A stretch of DNA of 64,000 bases from Paraspadella gotoi (GCA_051294375.1 CM119268.1:20663266-20727265); one strand, 5' to 3'; positions 25,690 through 40,043 are shown, counted from the stretch's first letter. Made by a program: numbers and translations. The notes: generated by a model from the sequence alone, not told the origin.

Positions 25690-26980
25690 CCTCCCATCTT
25701 CTGTTCTCTTTTGATCTTTTCTATTCTGGTCTTTTCTTTTCTTTTGTTTCTTTTCTTTTCTTTTATTTTCTCTTTTTTTCTCTTCTCTTCTCTCCTCTTT
25801 TCTTCTCTTCTCTTTTCTTCTCTTCTCTTCTCTTCTCTTCTCTTCACTTATCCTCTCTTCTTTTCTCTTCTCTTCTCTTCTCTTTTCTTCTTTTCTTTTC
25901 TTTTCTTTTCTTTTTTTTCCTTTCTTTCCTTTTCTTTCTTTTTTCTTTTTCTTTTCTTTTCTCTTTTCTTCTCTTCTATTCTCTCCTCTTTTCTTCTCTT
26001 CTCTCCTCTTTTCTTCTCTTTTCTTGTCTTCTCTTCTCTTCTCTTCTCTTCTCTTCTCTTCTCTTCTCTTCACTTATCCTCTCTTCTTTTCTCTTCTCTT
26101 CTCTTCTCTTTTCTTTTCTTCTTTTCTTTTCTTTCCTTTCTTTTTTCTTTTTCTTTTCTTTTCTCTTTTCTTCTCTTCTCTTCTCTCCTCTTTTCTTCTC
26201 TTTTCTTCTCTTCTCTTCTATTTTTTCTTTTCTTTTCTTTTCTTTTCTCTTCTCTTCTTTCTAATCCAACCCCCTCAAAAAAAAAGAAACGACCTTGGTT
26301 CGACCTTGGTCCTTCTCTTCTCTTTTCTTGTCTTCTCTCCTCTTTTCTTCTCTTTTCTTCTCTTCTCTTCTCTTCTATTTTTTTCTTTTCTTTTCTTTTC
26401 TTTTCTTTTCTTTTCTTTTCCTTTTTTTTCCTTTCCTTTCCTTTCCTTTCTTTTTTCCTTTTCTTTTCTTTTCTCCTTTCTTCTCTTCTCTTCTCTCCTC
26501 TTTTCTTCTCTCTTTTTTTCTCTTCTCTTCTCTTCTCTTCTCTTCTCTTCTCTTCTCTTCTCTTCTCTTCTTTCTATTCCAACCCCCCTCAAAAAAACAG
26601 CAACGACCTTGGTTCGACCTTGGTTCTTCTCTTTTTNNNNNNNNNNNNNNNNNNNNNNNNNNNNNNNNNNNNNNNNNNNNNNNNNNNNNNNNNNNNNNNN
26701 NNNNNNNNNNNNNNNNNNNNNNNNNNNNNNNNNNNNNNNNNNNNNNNNNNNNNNNNNNNNNNNNNNNNNNNNNNNNNNNNNNNNNNNNNNNNNNNNNNNN
26801 NNNNNNNNNNNNNNNNNNNNNNNNNNNNNNNNNNNNNNNNNNNNNNNNNNNNNNNNNNNNNNNNNNNNNNNNNNNNNNNNNNNNNNNNNNNNNNNNNNTC
26901 TCTTCTCTTCTCTTTTCTTCTCTTCTCTTCTTTTTATTCCAACCCCCCTCAAAAAAACAACAACGACCTTGGTTCGTTCT
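25690..26980. repeat. Homopyrimidine (CTTCT/CTTTT)n composite satellite
   Basis: About 1.3 kb of almost pure C/T on the + strand, punctuated three times by CCAACCCCCTCAAAAAAA..CGACCTTGGTTCG (near 26266, 26579, 26939). Confidence 0.9.
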
Positions 26981-27685
26981 TTATTTCCTAATTTTAAATT
27001 GCGACTCAATTAATTTTAATCGATTTCGATTTGAGTTCCGTTCGCACCACCGCCCTACCGCTCCACCGCCCCACCGCTCCACCACCCCACCGCACCACCG
27101 GCTCATCCCCCCTCCGACAGAAGCCCGATTGTAAGCCCAACTTTTTATATTTCATTTGTCATAAAATTTCCAGTTTTATATTTTAATCATTTTTTTGTGC
27201 CAACGAAATTTCCCCACTTCGTCGCTGTCAGTCCTAACTTTTTGACTTGACTTATTTTCACTCATTTAATGATTTATTTTCTTTTTTTTATGCTTCACTT
27301 ATCGTCGTTTTCATCCTTGATTCTCCCGCACTTTTCTTCTTTTTTTTGAGGAAAGAAAAAAAAGGGAAGAAATTAGACAAAATTTTTTGGGGAAAGGAAA
27401 GTAGGAAAGAAAAAGAAATAAGGAGAGAAAAAAAGTTTAAATCTGGTAACAGTGCCTAAAAAAATGGTAAAATAAACGTGGAGGAAAAAATTAAGTTTTT
27501 AATCAAAACTTAGATAAGTTTGAAATCGATCTATTACAAGGTATAAACGGGGGAAATAAAATAGAAAAAAGAAAAAAGAAGAAAAATTTAAAAAATTTAA
27601 AAAAGAATTCAATTTTCGGGACAGAAAAGAAGAAAAAGAAATAAATGGACATCGAAAGAGNNNNNNNNNNNNNNNNNNNNNNNNN

Positions 27686-30600
27686 ACGTAAACCTAAAGT
27701 GAGAAAGAAATAATATAAAAAAAGAGTTAAAGAAGGTAATATAAAAAGTATAAGAACATAAACGAAAATATTTTAAAAGATATTCATTAAAAAGAAAAAT
27801 TTATAGTAGATTACAAAGAGAGATCTTCTCTCCTGTGCTGCGAATATTTTCACATAGAACATCCATTTTAAGAAGAAAAGATCGCAACTGAAATCTATCT
27901 CTTCAACGTGTCTTAGATTGACATCACTTTAAGAACAGTAACAGAAAAAAAACAAATTGAAAGCGAAATATCCTTCGTCCCAAATTGACGAAGAGGAGCG
28001 ACGACGATCTATTCCTTGCGTCGAAGGGTGAGGTCTAGTAAAACCATATGACATATTGCCGGCATACTTGTTACTTTATTAGACGAGAGACGGGATGATC
28101 GTCCCACGGTTGAACTTACTAAATGGGTCTCATATACCAGTTTAAAGACAGTTGACTCAGAGAGAGGGTTCCTTGCGCTCTCGTGGTCTTTATTCTCAAT
28201 CGACATCTCCATTTAGCTTCCTTCTTCTGAAGGAAGTTTAGAGTATCATGACAATTATGAGTGCTCTCCGTCCGTACTCATTGAGACGCCTCACAGCTAT
28301 CGTAAAAAATGTACAGTCCAATTTGTAGAGCAAAGATGACCAGAGAGAGTGCTCTATTTCTCCCATCGAGGCGGAAATTCAATATGGCCATGGACTATCC
28401 ATTGTTACTAAGACAGCCGCAGAGGCCATGTGTCATCAGTATATGAAGATACTTCTAATATGACTAATCATTCCACCGACCCTCTCTCAGATCAGGGAAG
28501 AATTGTGTCACCCTCTCTCGAGGAGTCTGTAAGTGTGGGATACATCCATATGCATTAAGCAAGGCGTAAGACGAAATAACAGAGATTAGAGAGAAGAGAT
28601 CATTTTTGAGATAAAAAGATTAAGAAAATAGAGCTAAACTTATCTGCACACATGCACCAACATATGGACATTCGGCCCAATGTAGATATCATGGGACCAG
28701 AGCGTTTAGAGATCTTCTGACACCTTGGAACGAGGTGGAAGGTCATAATGAACTAGAATCGACTATTCTTAAGATCAAGGCACGAAAAAGCCGAAAATGT
28801 ACGTTTGTTAACTAACGACGGCAGGGTTGTTTGGTTGTGCTGACTGAGGGATGATTATCGAGTCCATTTATATATGAAAATAGGAGAGAAACAAAAGAGA
28901 AGATCTTCCTATCTCGCATGCGGCGTCATATGAAAAGTGGATGAGTGCGATCGATTATGCAAGTTTTGAACGGATCTGAGGAGCAGGAAAACCCAAATTC
29001 TATCTTAAGATACCCAATGGGAGAGGGACGTATGGGTGCTATACTGGTAATGGACCCTGATCCCATACCTCTTAACAGGAATGCGAAAGTAGTTGAGAAA
29101 TAAGAATGATCACCTTCGACTCGCGAGTAAAGAAGGTATTACCTATAAAATAGAAATAGTCTCCTCTGATAATAAGAAAGATTAAAGAAAATTTATACTA
29201 TTCGGAAAACAGATCACGAAGGCAGTTTTCAGAAGACATAATTGATAATAATAACTAATTTTTTATAAATAATATACCTGTTCTTTTCCATTCCCATATA
29301 ATACCTTTTTTGGTGGTGTTCGATGTATTATACATGCTAGTACGGAATTCATGCCCATAAGAATATATAATTTCTCCTACTATATCAGAGCAAAATTCCC
29401 GAAACGTACTTATTATTCCTTTCTCTTTGTAGAGTCACGCTTTGCGTCGCTCTCGTCGAGAAATTCAGGTTCTTTCTGTCCGTGACTGGCACCCTAAAAC
29501 AAAATATTAGATGAAGACATTTGTGCGTACTTTTAATTGATGTACTGTTTACTAAGAAATGTGGCCAGATAAATCGCATGCATCATGACTGTATCAGATT
29601 GTGTACGATAGATAGTGAACCGATTTTCTTTCCGATCCTCGTCTCTCCTATCTTTCTTGCTTCTCCTTTCCGTCTTTATATACTTCTCTATTACTTTTCG
29701 TCCAGTATTATGTTCTAACTCCATATTTACTCATGATATTGGTCAACCCACAATGGGTTTATGTGTCTGTGTTCCAATATTAGACATATGTAGTTCTTCC
29801 GTCGCCGTGTTCCTCGCGCATTCTCGCGTCGATTCAATGTCTATCTATATATCAGAACTTTTCTCTCCCTTACACACATGACCAAAAATATAAAAGAGAA
29901 AACTTAAAAGAAATGTGAGAACTTGCTCGGATATTGTGTGTACTGATATATATAAGAGTTGTTTCTTAACAAAATATTGATTTATTAATATTAACTCAAT
30001 AATTATTATTTGAGAATAAGTTCGTCGTCTCCGAGTTGGCTTCTCGTTTGAATCCACTATATATTTTCGTGTGAGTTTATATATTTCGTTTCTCGTTCTC
30101 ATTTCTTCTTATTAATCGAAAACTCACATTAAAATTGTGTAGAGGAGAGGAGTGAATTTATAAACTAGATTACTGTTAGGTTATCATAAATCTCTCCAAA
30201 ATGACAAGGATATTTAGCAAGACTAGATTCTAAGTGCAATGTATCCACTGACGTACCATCTATAAAATATTGTCTATCATACTCAAAAGCGATTGACTGA
30301 TAACCTCGATTTTCTCTCATTTTACTCTTCTACAATTCATAATACCTAATGTTTATATTTACGCGCTACTATCTATACTGCTTCTACCTATCTCCAATAC
30401 TTCAATTTACCTTCATGCTCAAGTTCCTATCTCTCATCTACATTCTTCTCTCATATACTCTCTCAATTCTCTTCTTGTTCCGGGACAGCTCCAATCAAGA
30501 ATTATTAGTCTGTAGCTGTTATAATTACTGTGAAGTTACAAGTTTTTCGGTGTGTTTGTATGTGCACATAAATTCACAAGTAATCTGGCGGGCAAATAAG

Positions 30601-33600
30601 AGATACTCTCCTCTCAATACTTGTTCTGTAGTTCGTGGCTGAAAGTATATATTAAAATTTAACTGTCTCAATATTCACATATATTACGCTGATGAATTTC
30701 ATAGGGTATAAAAACAGTTATTCATGCGAGTGTGGATCATTGATAGCTTAGGTATAAAGTATTATATGTTGAACAGTGGCGATGAAATATTACAAGAACT
30801 GAACTTCTGAACAGAGAGAAGTAATGAACTGAGTGAGGTATAGATGTTGTAAGATCGCTCGTCTGTCTCTTTGTGTACTTAGGAGAGTGACATAGAGCAA
30901 GAAAGTATTAATCTCTGTCCAACGGTAAAAAGCAAAGAGTAGCTCATTGATTTTCTGTACCGCGTGATGGCTCCGTCTTTGGTATAATTAAATATATACT
31001 AAGTTATTCATACAGTATATCATGCACCTAAACTAGTAAAATATAATATACCACTTGCTTCGCTTAAGTGGTTTTAAATCACACAACAAAATCTGTCAAT
31101 CACTCTACAGTGCTGCTAGTAATGTGAACTGTAGACAGATACCTGGCACAGAGCGTATATCTGTGCTCTCGCCCTCCTCTTTTTCCTATAAAACGTTCAT
31201 GATATCACAGCGTACTTCGAATAATGATTCCTTCTCTGCGCTCGATCTTTCACATAAAAGGTCAGTATTTTTACTATTTAGAGCTGTTGAAGGCGACGCG
31301 CTAGACATGCTAGATTCCACAGCTTTTACCTATCCAAAGACGCTATACTCTTAACTCGTATATAAAATGAATCTGTAACCATTACCATACCAATCACATA
31401 TAGTATTTATTTTCGGTAGGCCAGCCTGTCTAGACTAATATATTTTTACAATTATCGTCTGTTCGTTAATCTTTTGTTTACATCCTGAACTCTTAATACG
31501 ATATATCAACTCTCTGTATTCAACCTCTCTGGTTCTTGTCTCACTTTCATGACTCTAATGCGTGTTCCAGCTCGTCTCGCGATAACGACTGACAGTGTGT
31601 ACGATTTCGCTCCATTTGTCTCTGTTCAATATTACTTCACACCATTGTTCTTCGCCTCCTCTCTCCACCCCACCCGCCAACCCGCGCTCGTACTCAGTGT
31701 TGATTTGCTGTCGTGCTGATGTCCTCGGTCTTTGGTCGCTTCTGGGCCTCGCGCTCCTCCTAGAGCATAACTAAGTGACTCTGCCCAGCCTGAATTGTGC
31801 TAAGGCATCCTCTCACGAGCGTAGATGAGCCCCGCAATCTGCCCGCGTCTCTGATGTCGGTACCGTTCATGCGCTCGCGTGCTCGCTGCCTTCCGTCGTC
31901 GTCCCATAGGTCTCTTGTCTCGTTGTCATTTCCTCCTTGTGTTCGGATCCTGTTGGATCGTACGTAGCGGTGGCGAGTTGCGCTCTGTTAGGTTGACGTA
32001 CGAGTTCTTTCCCTTGCGTCTCGCGGTTGCAAGGTGTAATTTGATTCGGAGGTTTAACCTGGTCTGAATTTTTCAAAGTTCATGTGGTCCCTAAAAAGGG
32101 AGAACAGTTTAATCGTATTTAGAACATTTTGATTTTTACTGATACTGAAATAGATAGGAACGGATGGAGAGAGAGTGCGAGAAATGAACTATCGCAAAAA
32201 TAGATAAGTCCTGAGCTGCATTTAGTGAGAGACGAACTGTATGTGATCTTTGCACCGATGTTAGTCTTGTCGTATATTATGTTCATTTTTAGTCTTTCTG
32301 GTATGTCGTTTATGTCATCTTTCTTCTAGCATGGTTGTTTTAGAGGTTTCCATGTAGCAGGAGCTAACTAGTAATCCCCTGCACTTCTTGCGACGAGGCA
32401 GCATATTATCGATTCCTTCTCATTGCTTTCTCGTTTCTGTGTATTTACCTGCTCTCTCATTTCTTCCTTTCCTTCTTCTCTTTTTTCCTTGATCTTCTTC
32501 TTTCCTCTCTCTCCCTTTATTGTAATGCACTTCGGTGTGGTTTTATGCTTTTTTCCTCGTAGTTTCTCACTTCATCTCCTCTCTTCTGTTTCCTCTTCCT
32601 CTTCCTCTTCTCTTTTTCTCTTTTCTTTGTGCTCTTTTCTTTGTCTTTTTTTCTCTTGTTTCTTTCCTTTTTCTTTCTTTTGTTTCTTATTTTCGTGTTT
32701 CTTTTCTGTATTCCTCTTTCATTTCCTTTCTCTCTACTCTTTCGGGCTCCGACTATTTCTCGTCGCCTGACAATTTTTCTTCTCTCTATCTCTCCTCGTT
32801 TTCTTTTCTCTTAATATTGTCTTCTCTTCCTCTCTCTTCTTCTTTCTCATAATGCCTTCTTCTTCTCTTCTCTTCTCTTTCACTTAAAATCCTCTCTTCT
32901 TTTCTGTGACTTCTCTTCTCTTTCATACTTTGTGCATTATCTTTTCTTACTATTTCTATTTAATTTAACTTCTTCACTCTTCTTTTTCTTTTTTCTGCTT
33001 TTCTTTTTTTTTCGTCTTTTTCTGACTTTTTCTTGCTCTTCTCTCTCCTTCGCCCCCCTGCTTCTCCTCTTTCCTTTCTCTTCCTCTCTTCTATTTTTTT
33101 TTCTTTTCCCCTATTTGCTGATTGTATCTTTTCTCTTCTCTTCTTTTCTAATCCAACATGCTCCTCTCAAAAATAAAAGAAAAACGACCTTGGTTCTGAC
33201 GCTCTGAAGTTCCTTCTCTTCTCTTATTACTTGTCCTTCATCTGGCCTCGACTTTTCTTGCTTACTATGTCTTAGTCTTCGTTAGCACTCTACTCCTTCT
33301 CTTTCTCCATTTCTCTATTTTTCTCTTTTTCCTTTCTCTTTTCTTTCTTTCTTTTCTTCTTCTTCCTTCTTTTTTTCCTTTTCCTCTTCCTTTCCTTGTC
33401 TTTTTCCTTTTTTCTTTCTTTCTTCCTTTCCTTCTAGCTTCTTCTTTCTCTCCTACTTTTTTCTTCTCTCTTTTTCTTCTTTCTCATTCGATCTCGACCT
33501 CTGCTAATTCTCTTTAAGACCTCTTCTTCTTCTCTTCTCTTCTGCTTGTAACTCTCTTGCTCTTCTCTTCTTTCTATTAACCACCCCCCCTGCAAAAAGA

Positions 33601-34930
33601 GAGAACCAAAAAAACAGCAATCGACCTTGGTTCGACGCTGTGCTTTCTTCTGCATCTCTCTTATCTTCCTTCTTCTCTTCTCGTTCTGCCAGTTTCTCTT
33701 CCTTCTCTCCCTCTCTTTCGGACCCTTCCTCTTCGCTCGCGATTTCGATTCGTGGAACCTGTTTCTCCAATACAACCCCCCGGTCAAAAAACAAAAGACA
33801 AAACAGAACACGACCACTTGGGTTCGACCTTGTTTCTTCTCTCCTTACTCTTTCTCTTTTCTTAGTACTTCTCTTACTCTTCTTTCGCTTCGTTGCTCTT
33901 TTTCTTCCTCTTTCTACTTCTTGATCTCTCTCTGTCTCTTCTCCTTCCTTCTCTTTTCCTTCTGCTTTCTCTATTCTCTTCTCTTTTCTGTCTCTTCTCT
34001 TCTTTTATTCCAACCCCCCTCAAAAAAGAAACAACGGAGACGACCTTGGTTTCGTTCTTTATTTTTCCTAATTTTAAATTGCGACTCAATTAAGATTTAT
34101 CGATGTTACAGTTTTAGAGGTTCGTTCGCACGCACCGCGGATCCTACCGCTCCACCGCTGCACCGCCCACCGCTCACCACCCCACCCGTCACCACCGGCG
34201 TGTACATTCCCACCCCTCCGACAGAAAAGCCCATTGTAAGGTCCCAACTTTTTATATTTCATTTGTCATAAAAATTTCCAGTTTATAATTTTAAATCAAA
34301 TTTTATGTGCCAACCGGAGAATATATCCCACTTTCGTCGCTGTCAGCTCCTAACTTTGGACTTGACTGATGATATTGATCAACTCATTTAATTGACATTT
34401 ATTTTTTCTTTGTGTTTTTACTTGCTGATTCACCTTACGTCGTGAGTCGATGGCCATTCGAGATCTACTCCCTGAGCGCGCACTTTTCTTCTTTTTGTTG
34501 TAGAGAGAGGGAAAGAAGAGAAGAAACAGGGAAGATAAAGAGATATCATTAGACGAAATGGAACATTTTTGATGGGTGCGGAAGGAAAGTAGCGGAAAAG
34601 TGAAATAAGAAATAAGGGAGACGAAGAAGTAAAAAGTTATAAACTCTCGACGGGAGGGCGTAACAGTGACCTGATTAAGAGAAGAGAAATGGTGTTAGAC
34701 GGTAGAGTATTAAAAATAAAGTCCGTGCGAGAGAAAAGAAAATTTAAGTTTTTAATACAATAACGTTAGGATAAGTTTGAAAGTCGATCTAATTAGGCAA
34801 AGAGCATATAAACGGGAGGAAATGAAATCATTAGAAAAAAAGAAAAACAAGTAAAAATAAATTTCACAAAAAATTTAACACCAAAGAATTCAATTCGACC
34901 TGGGCGGTACAGACAACAGGAAGAAAGCTA
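27686..34930. other. Low-quality, insertion-rich re-read of ~24100-27660 (probable raw long-read gap fill)
   Basis: Follows a 25-N gap. Degraded but collinear traces of the 42-bp satellite, the HINE copy, the CT tract and the 26940-27640 unique sequence (clearly alignable at 34000-34900). Confidence 0.75.
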
Positions 34931-35475
34931 ATGAGAAAGAAATAGAACCGTCGGATTGAGAGAGTTGGACCTACATGGGCAGGTCGTTCAATATGGACAA
35001 AGTGCTACGTCGAGCAATATCAATCATGCTAAATTCATCATAAATACTCCGAATAGACTGCTCTTATGATTGCCCCCTCCCTCTCTCTGACCGAACACAT
35101 CAATTTACATATACTAGCATGCAGAGATGACGATCTCGTCGAGCAGCAGAGCACGAGAGGATGACGTAGATGCAGAGTACGTACCGACGAGAGAGTTAGA
35201 GAGAGAGAGAGAATATGAGTCTCCGTATTATTAAGTGGTCCGCGTTTTTATGATTTAATCCCCTTATTCCTTTATTTCTCCCTATTACGCTTCTTTCGGG
35301 CCTTCGCGCTTCGAAATGTTTATGGCAGGCTCAGAATAAGAGCCTAGCCATTTTTCGAGAATTGCGAACACTCCGTCAGATGGCGCACCGGATAAAGAGG
35401 GAATTTTTTCACGCTGATTCCAGGACACTACCGGCTCTCTCTCTCTCGGATCATCTCTCTCTGGCTACAATCTGC

Positions 35476-35534
<59 letters not shown>

Positions 35535-37039
35535 TCGCACTGACGGCGTTGCGATCTTTTAATTTCTCTCTGTAAAGACAATTCTTAATTGGACCGGCAA
35601 TCTCCAAGAACATTCTGGGTGTGTGAATGCAGAATACAGAGAAAAAATCGTCTTTTCTTCGTACGTCTTGACGTCGTTCGTCCGTCTACGTCCGTCGTCT
35701 CCGGGTCGTGTAATCAAAATTCGTCGGCTATAGTCGATGCGTTACTCGTTTGCCGTGCTGGTCGCTATTTCTACGTGCTTACTCAACTATCGACTAATTC
35801 CTCGCTCGTTATTCTGGATGCCCCTGGGCATAAGCATCTTATCTCAGTCCTCTCAATTTTATCGTAGTCTGTGCACTAAAATTTCTCGCACTCTCTCTCT
35901 CTCATCGGATAGATAATTCTCGAACGTTTTGTATTCTTACAAATCAAATAAAAACAAATCTTCTCTCCTCTAAATTGATTAAATCGAGCTTTAAAAAAAT
36001 CTATCTATCACTCACTTTGAAATTCTACTGAGTACATCATTAATCTCCTCTCCTCTTCATTCTCTCTTTCTTCCGTCTCTCTTCCTTACCATGGTGCTCC
36101 TGTTCTCGGTCTTTCCCTCCTACTTCGCTACATTTTCCCATCACATTTCCGTGCGGCCTGTTTCTCTCCTCGTTCTTTTCCATGTAGATTCCTCTCCCTT
36201 CCGTCTCTTCTCCTGCTACGTATCTTTCGACGTACGTCCGCTCCTCATACTCATCGTACGATCCGGCTCCTCTCTTCCGCTCTCGCATTCTTCTCTCCGC
36301 CCTCTCTTCTCCTCTCTCTCTCTTCTTCTTCGTCTCTCTCTGTACTTCTCTCTCGTCTCTCTCTCCTCTCTTCTTCTCCTTCTCTTTTTCCTTCTTTTCC
36401 CCTCTCCTGCTCTCCTCCTCCGTTCCTTCCTTTTTCCTTCTTCCTTCCTTCCTTCGCTTCCTTCCTTCCTTCACTCTGTCTCGCCTCAAATCCAATTACA
36501 AATTCTCCATTTTAAAAATCTAAATTGGAAAGAGAGAATGATTTCTCAGTTCTCGGATTTTGAAAACCGCCCCCCGCCCCCCCCCCCCCTAACTTTCTCC
36601 CTGCCCCATGACTCCTCCATCATTCTTTGCCCCCTATCACCCTTCATTTCCCCGCTTATCTCCCACCTTTACCCCTTATCTTTCATCTTTCCGTCTCTCC
36701 CCTTAAAGATTCCGACAATATTCTAAAACTCTTCTCGGCTTATTGTTAATTTTTTTCTCGTTATGTTAATTTAATTAAAAAAGGTAATAATCTTTGTCTT
36801 TGTAATCCAAGTCAGCAAGAAATAATTTACAAAATTATTATTATATGACTACAATAACAATACAATAACAAAAAAAATTACAAAACCAAGTAAAAATTAA
36901 TATAAGTAAAGTATGATAAAATAAAGAAAACAATTATGAAATTTAAACGATAGAAAAAAATAAAAAGGAGACAGAATTTAAAGAGAATAAAGAGACGAGG
37001 AAAATAGGAATAAAAAATGAAGAGGAAAGAAATGAAGGA

Positions 37040-37562
37040 AAAGATTAAGAATTAAAAAAAAGGCGAAAAAAGAGATTAAGAATTAAAAAAAGGCAAAAAA
37101 AGAGATTAAGAATTAAATAAAAAGGCGAAGAAAGAGATTAAGAATTAAAGAAAAAGGCAAAGAAAGAGATTAGGAATTAAGGAAAAAGGCAAAGAAAGAG
37201 ATTAAGAATTAATTAAAAAGGGGATAAAAAAGAGATAAAGAATTATGGAAAAAGGGGAAGAAAGAGATAGAGAATTAAGGAAAAAGGCGAAGAAAGAGAT
37301 TAAGAATTAAGGAAAAAGGCGAAGAAAGAAATTAGGAATTAAGGAAAAAGGCAAAGAAAGAGATTAAGAATTTAGGAAAAAGGAAAAGAAAGAGATTAAG
37401 AATTTAGGAAAAAGGCAAAGAAAGAGATTAAGAAGTAAGGAAAAAGGGGAAAAAAAAGAGATAAAGAATTAAGGAAAAAGGGGAAGAAAGAGATAAAGAA
37501 TTAAGGAAAAAGGCGAAGAAAGAGATTAAGAATTAAGGAAAAAGGCGAAGAAAGAGATTAAA
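37040..37562. repeat. 32-bp minisatellite, ~16 copies
   Basis: GAAGAAAGAGATTAAGAATTAAGGAAAAAGGC in tandem. Confidence 0.9.
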
Positions 37563-38017
37563 AATTAATCAGAAGATTTGAGAGAAAATAAAAGAAAAAA
37601 AAAAGAAAAGAGATTTGCTTAAAAAATTGTTCTGGATTTTCGTGATTTAAAACCAGAACGCCGAATCCTCTTTTCCAATCTTTTGCCCTCATAAACCAAT
37701 TTCGTTTCTCTCTAACTCGCTCTCTCTCTCTCTCACTCACTCACTCTCTCTCAATCTTTTCTCTCCTCCTTCTCTCTGGACCTCCTCCTCTCTCACTCAT
37801 CTCTTCTCTCACTCTCCTCTCTCTCTCTCTCTCTCTTCTTCTTATACTCCTCTCTCTCTCTCTCTCTCCTCTTCTCTCTCTCTCTCTCTCTCTTCCTTCT
37901 TCCTGTCTTTTCTTGTGTCTTATTTCCTCCTTCCTTCCTTGTTTTCTTTTTTTGTTCTTATTTATTTCTCTCTCACTTGGCACTCTCTCTCTCTCTCTCA
38001 ATCTCTCTCTCTTCTCT

Positions 38018-38058
<41 letters not shown>

Positions 38059-38204
38059 CATCCCTCCTTTAGTTGTCTTAATTTTGTTCTTTTAAGTGTT
38101 CCGCTCCGCTGCTGCATTAAATTTCGTCTTTTATTTCTTATAGTTTCAGGAATTCCTGAAGGTGGCGCTACCATTCACTTAGATTTGATGTTTTTTTCTG
38201 TCTT

Positions 38205-38416
38205 AACAAATGAGCAACCAACTAAAGGCAAATTTGATCATTTGTACTTGCGACCCATGGCCTATCCCCGGCCCGTCTTTCTGATCAAATATAATCTAAT
38301 CTGTATGAATTTTTAACGTAAGTGGGACAGACCGACGGACCGACGGACCGACCGACAGACCGACCGAAAAGTGACTTATAGAGTTGCTCCGCGATTACTC
38401 GCGGCTCAACTAAAAA
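38205..38416 (+). mobile_element. Short HINE-like element, family 2
   Basis: (GACC/GACG)n microsatellite followed by GACTTATAGAGTTGCTCCGCGATTACTCGCGGCTCAACTAAAAA hairpin. A related end occurs at 56836-56950. Confidence 0.55.
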
Positions 38417-38624
38417 TGATGTTTGTTCGTCCATCCGTCCGTCCGTCCGTCTGTCCATCCTTAGCTTTGATCTCCAATTACTTTGTTCAATTATAATTTT
38501 TTTTTAAATAATGAATAAATTGTATTAACTGATTAGCTGATTATAGCTAAATTTTCGTTGCTAGATGCGACGTTGTTTGCTCAAAATTGTTAGTTTCTTT
38601 CTATTCCTTTCTTCTTTCTATTTT

Positions 38625-38696
<72 letters not shown>

Positions 38697-39117
38697 TTTT
38701 TCTTTCTTTCTTTCTTTCTTTTTTTTCTTTTCTCAATGAAACCAGGTAAAGCCTCTTTGCAAAATCGCGCAAACAATTTCCCTTAACGTGAGAAAGATTC
38801 GCGATGGATCTACGTATTTCCGCCGGCGGACAGACTGAAAGAAGGACCGACTGACCAATCGACGGAAGAAAAATTATGAGGTTTTTATTGTTAAAACGAT
38901 AAACCGAACAGTAAACAATGTAAAAGTCTCAGAGCTTAATAATAAACAACTAATTTAATATCTCAACATATAGCTTAATAACTTAATAACTTTTTAATTT
39001 AATGACTAAATAAGTTCTGTTAACACTTATTCTGTTTTACTTATTAACTTAATAACTTAAAAAATAAGGTTTTTAAAATTTGCTGTAATTATAATAACCC
39101 ACTAACCGATTACAAAA

Positions 39118-40043
39118 CAAACAAGTTTGCGCAAACAATGTCGGATCTACCTATGATAATTAAGCGGTAATAAGCTAAGGCGATGATAAATCATGGTAAT
39201 TTTTTCTGACTTTCAATTTGTGATCTTAACAGATCACAACACATCGTAACATAACAAATCATACCAGACTTCTTAATAAATCTATGAAAAAATCTATAAA
39301 TCAATTAATCTATCAATCATTACTAATGGCCTACCAACTTGTATAATTTGATAGTTTTGCATAATTTGCTAATTTTGCACAATTTGGTCAACTTGTATAA
39401 TTTGATAAATTTGCATAATTTAATCAACTTACACTATTTGGTCAACTGGCATAATTTGGTCAACTTGAAGAGGCTGGTTTTACAATGCGCCACACCCGCA
39501 GCGGTGTCACCTCATGGCAACAGCGAGACAGCATGTTAATGTAGTCCAGAGTTTTGGATCTGGCAGTAGGCCCATGCCTACAGGCGGGTTACCCGGTCCA
39601 TCCCACTTTCTACATAACAACCTCAGGGCTCGAACCAGGGACGCACATTGGGATGGAGCATTAGTCCACTGAGCCACTGAGGCGCTGCGAAAGAAACAGC
39701 TTTAATCCATCTGTGGTGATAGGACCACCAGACACTGACTTGCAAAATTTGGTAGACTGGCATAATTTGGTCAATTGACGTAATTTGGTCAACTGGCATA
39801 ATTTGATCAACTGGCATAATTTGGTCAATTTGCAATCAATCAAACACACCGAGAGAGGAGAGAAATTTTTAAAAATTCAAATAAATGTGTTTTTTGGTTT
39901 TCAAATTTAAACTCTTTTCCACTCCTACAATACCATAAAAAAATTATTTCCAACTTAATTGCATACTTTCCCACTTACCCACACGTAAAATTTAAATTCC
40001 GGACCGACGGACCGACAAAGTGGATTATTGATCCGACTAAAAA
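39118..40043 (+). mobile_element. DINE-1/HINE-like element, family 1, with a nested SINE
   Basis: AAACAAGTTTGCGCAAACAATGTCGGATCT start, 18-bp central tandem repeats (CAACTGGCATAATTTGGT), end GGACCGACAAAGTGGATTATTGATCCGACTAAAAA. Confidence 0.7.
39468..39690 (-). mobile_element. tRNA-derived SINE inserted in the HINE central repeats (insert may extend to ~39737)
   Basis: Pol III A box TGGCTCAGTGG (39666-39676) and B box GGTTCGAGCCC (39626-39636). Residual acceptor-stem pairing GCCTCAG/CTGAGGT but no intact cloverleaf. The GC-rich body interrupts the 18-bp array. Confidence 0.65.

Noticed and set aside
25675-26991. Longest ORFs in the track (438, 329, 279 aa; F/S/L-rich)
   Set aside because: They are translations of a (CTTCT)n tract and N-runs that simply lack stop codons.
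28000-32200. Apparently unique, repeat-poor island suggesting foreign or viral DNA
   Set aside because: No long ORFs, and it contains degraded, collinear traces of 24.1-25.7 kb, so it is most likely a low-quality read segment.
39615-39690. Possible tRNA gene
   Set aside because: A and B boxes are present but the anticodon and T arms do not pair; treated as a SINE head.
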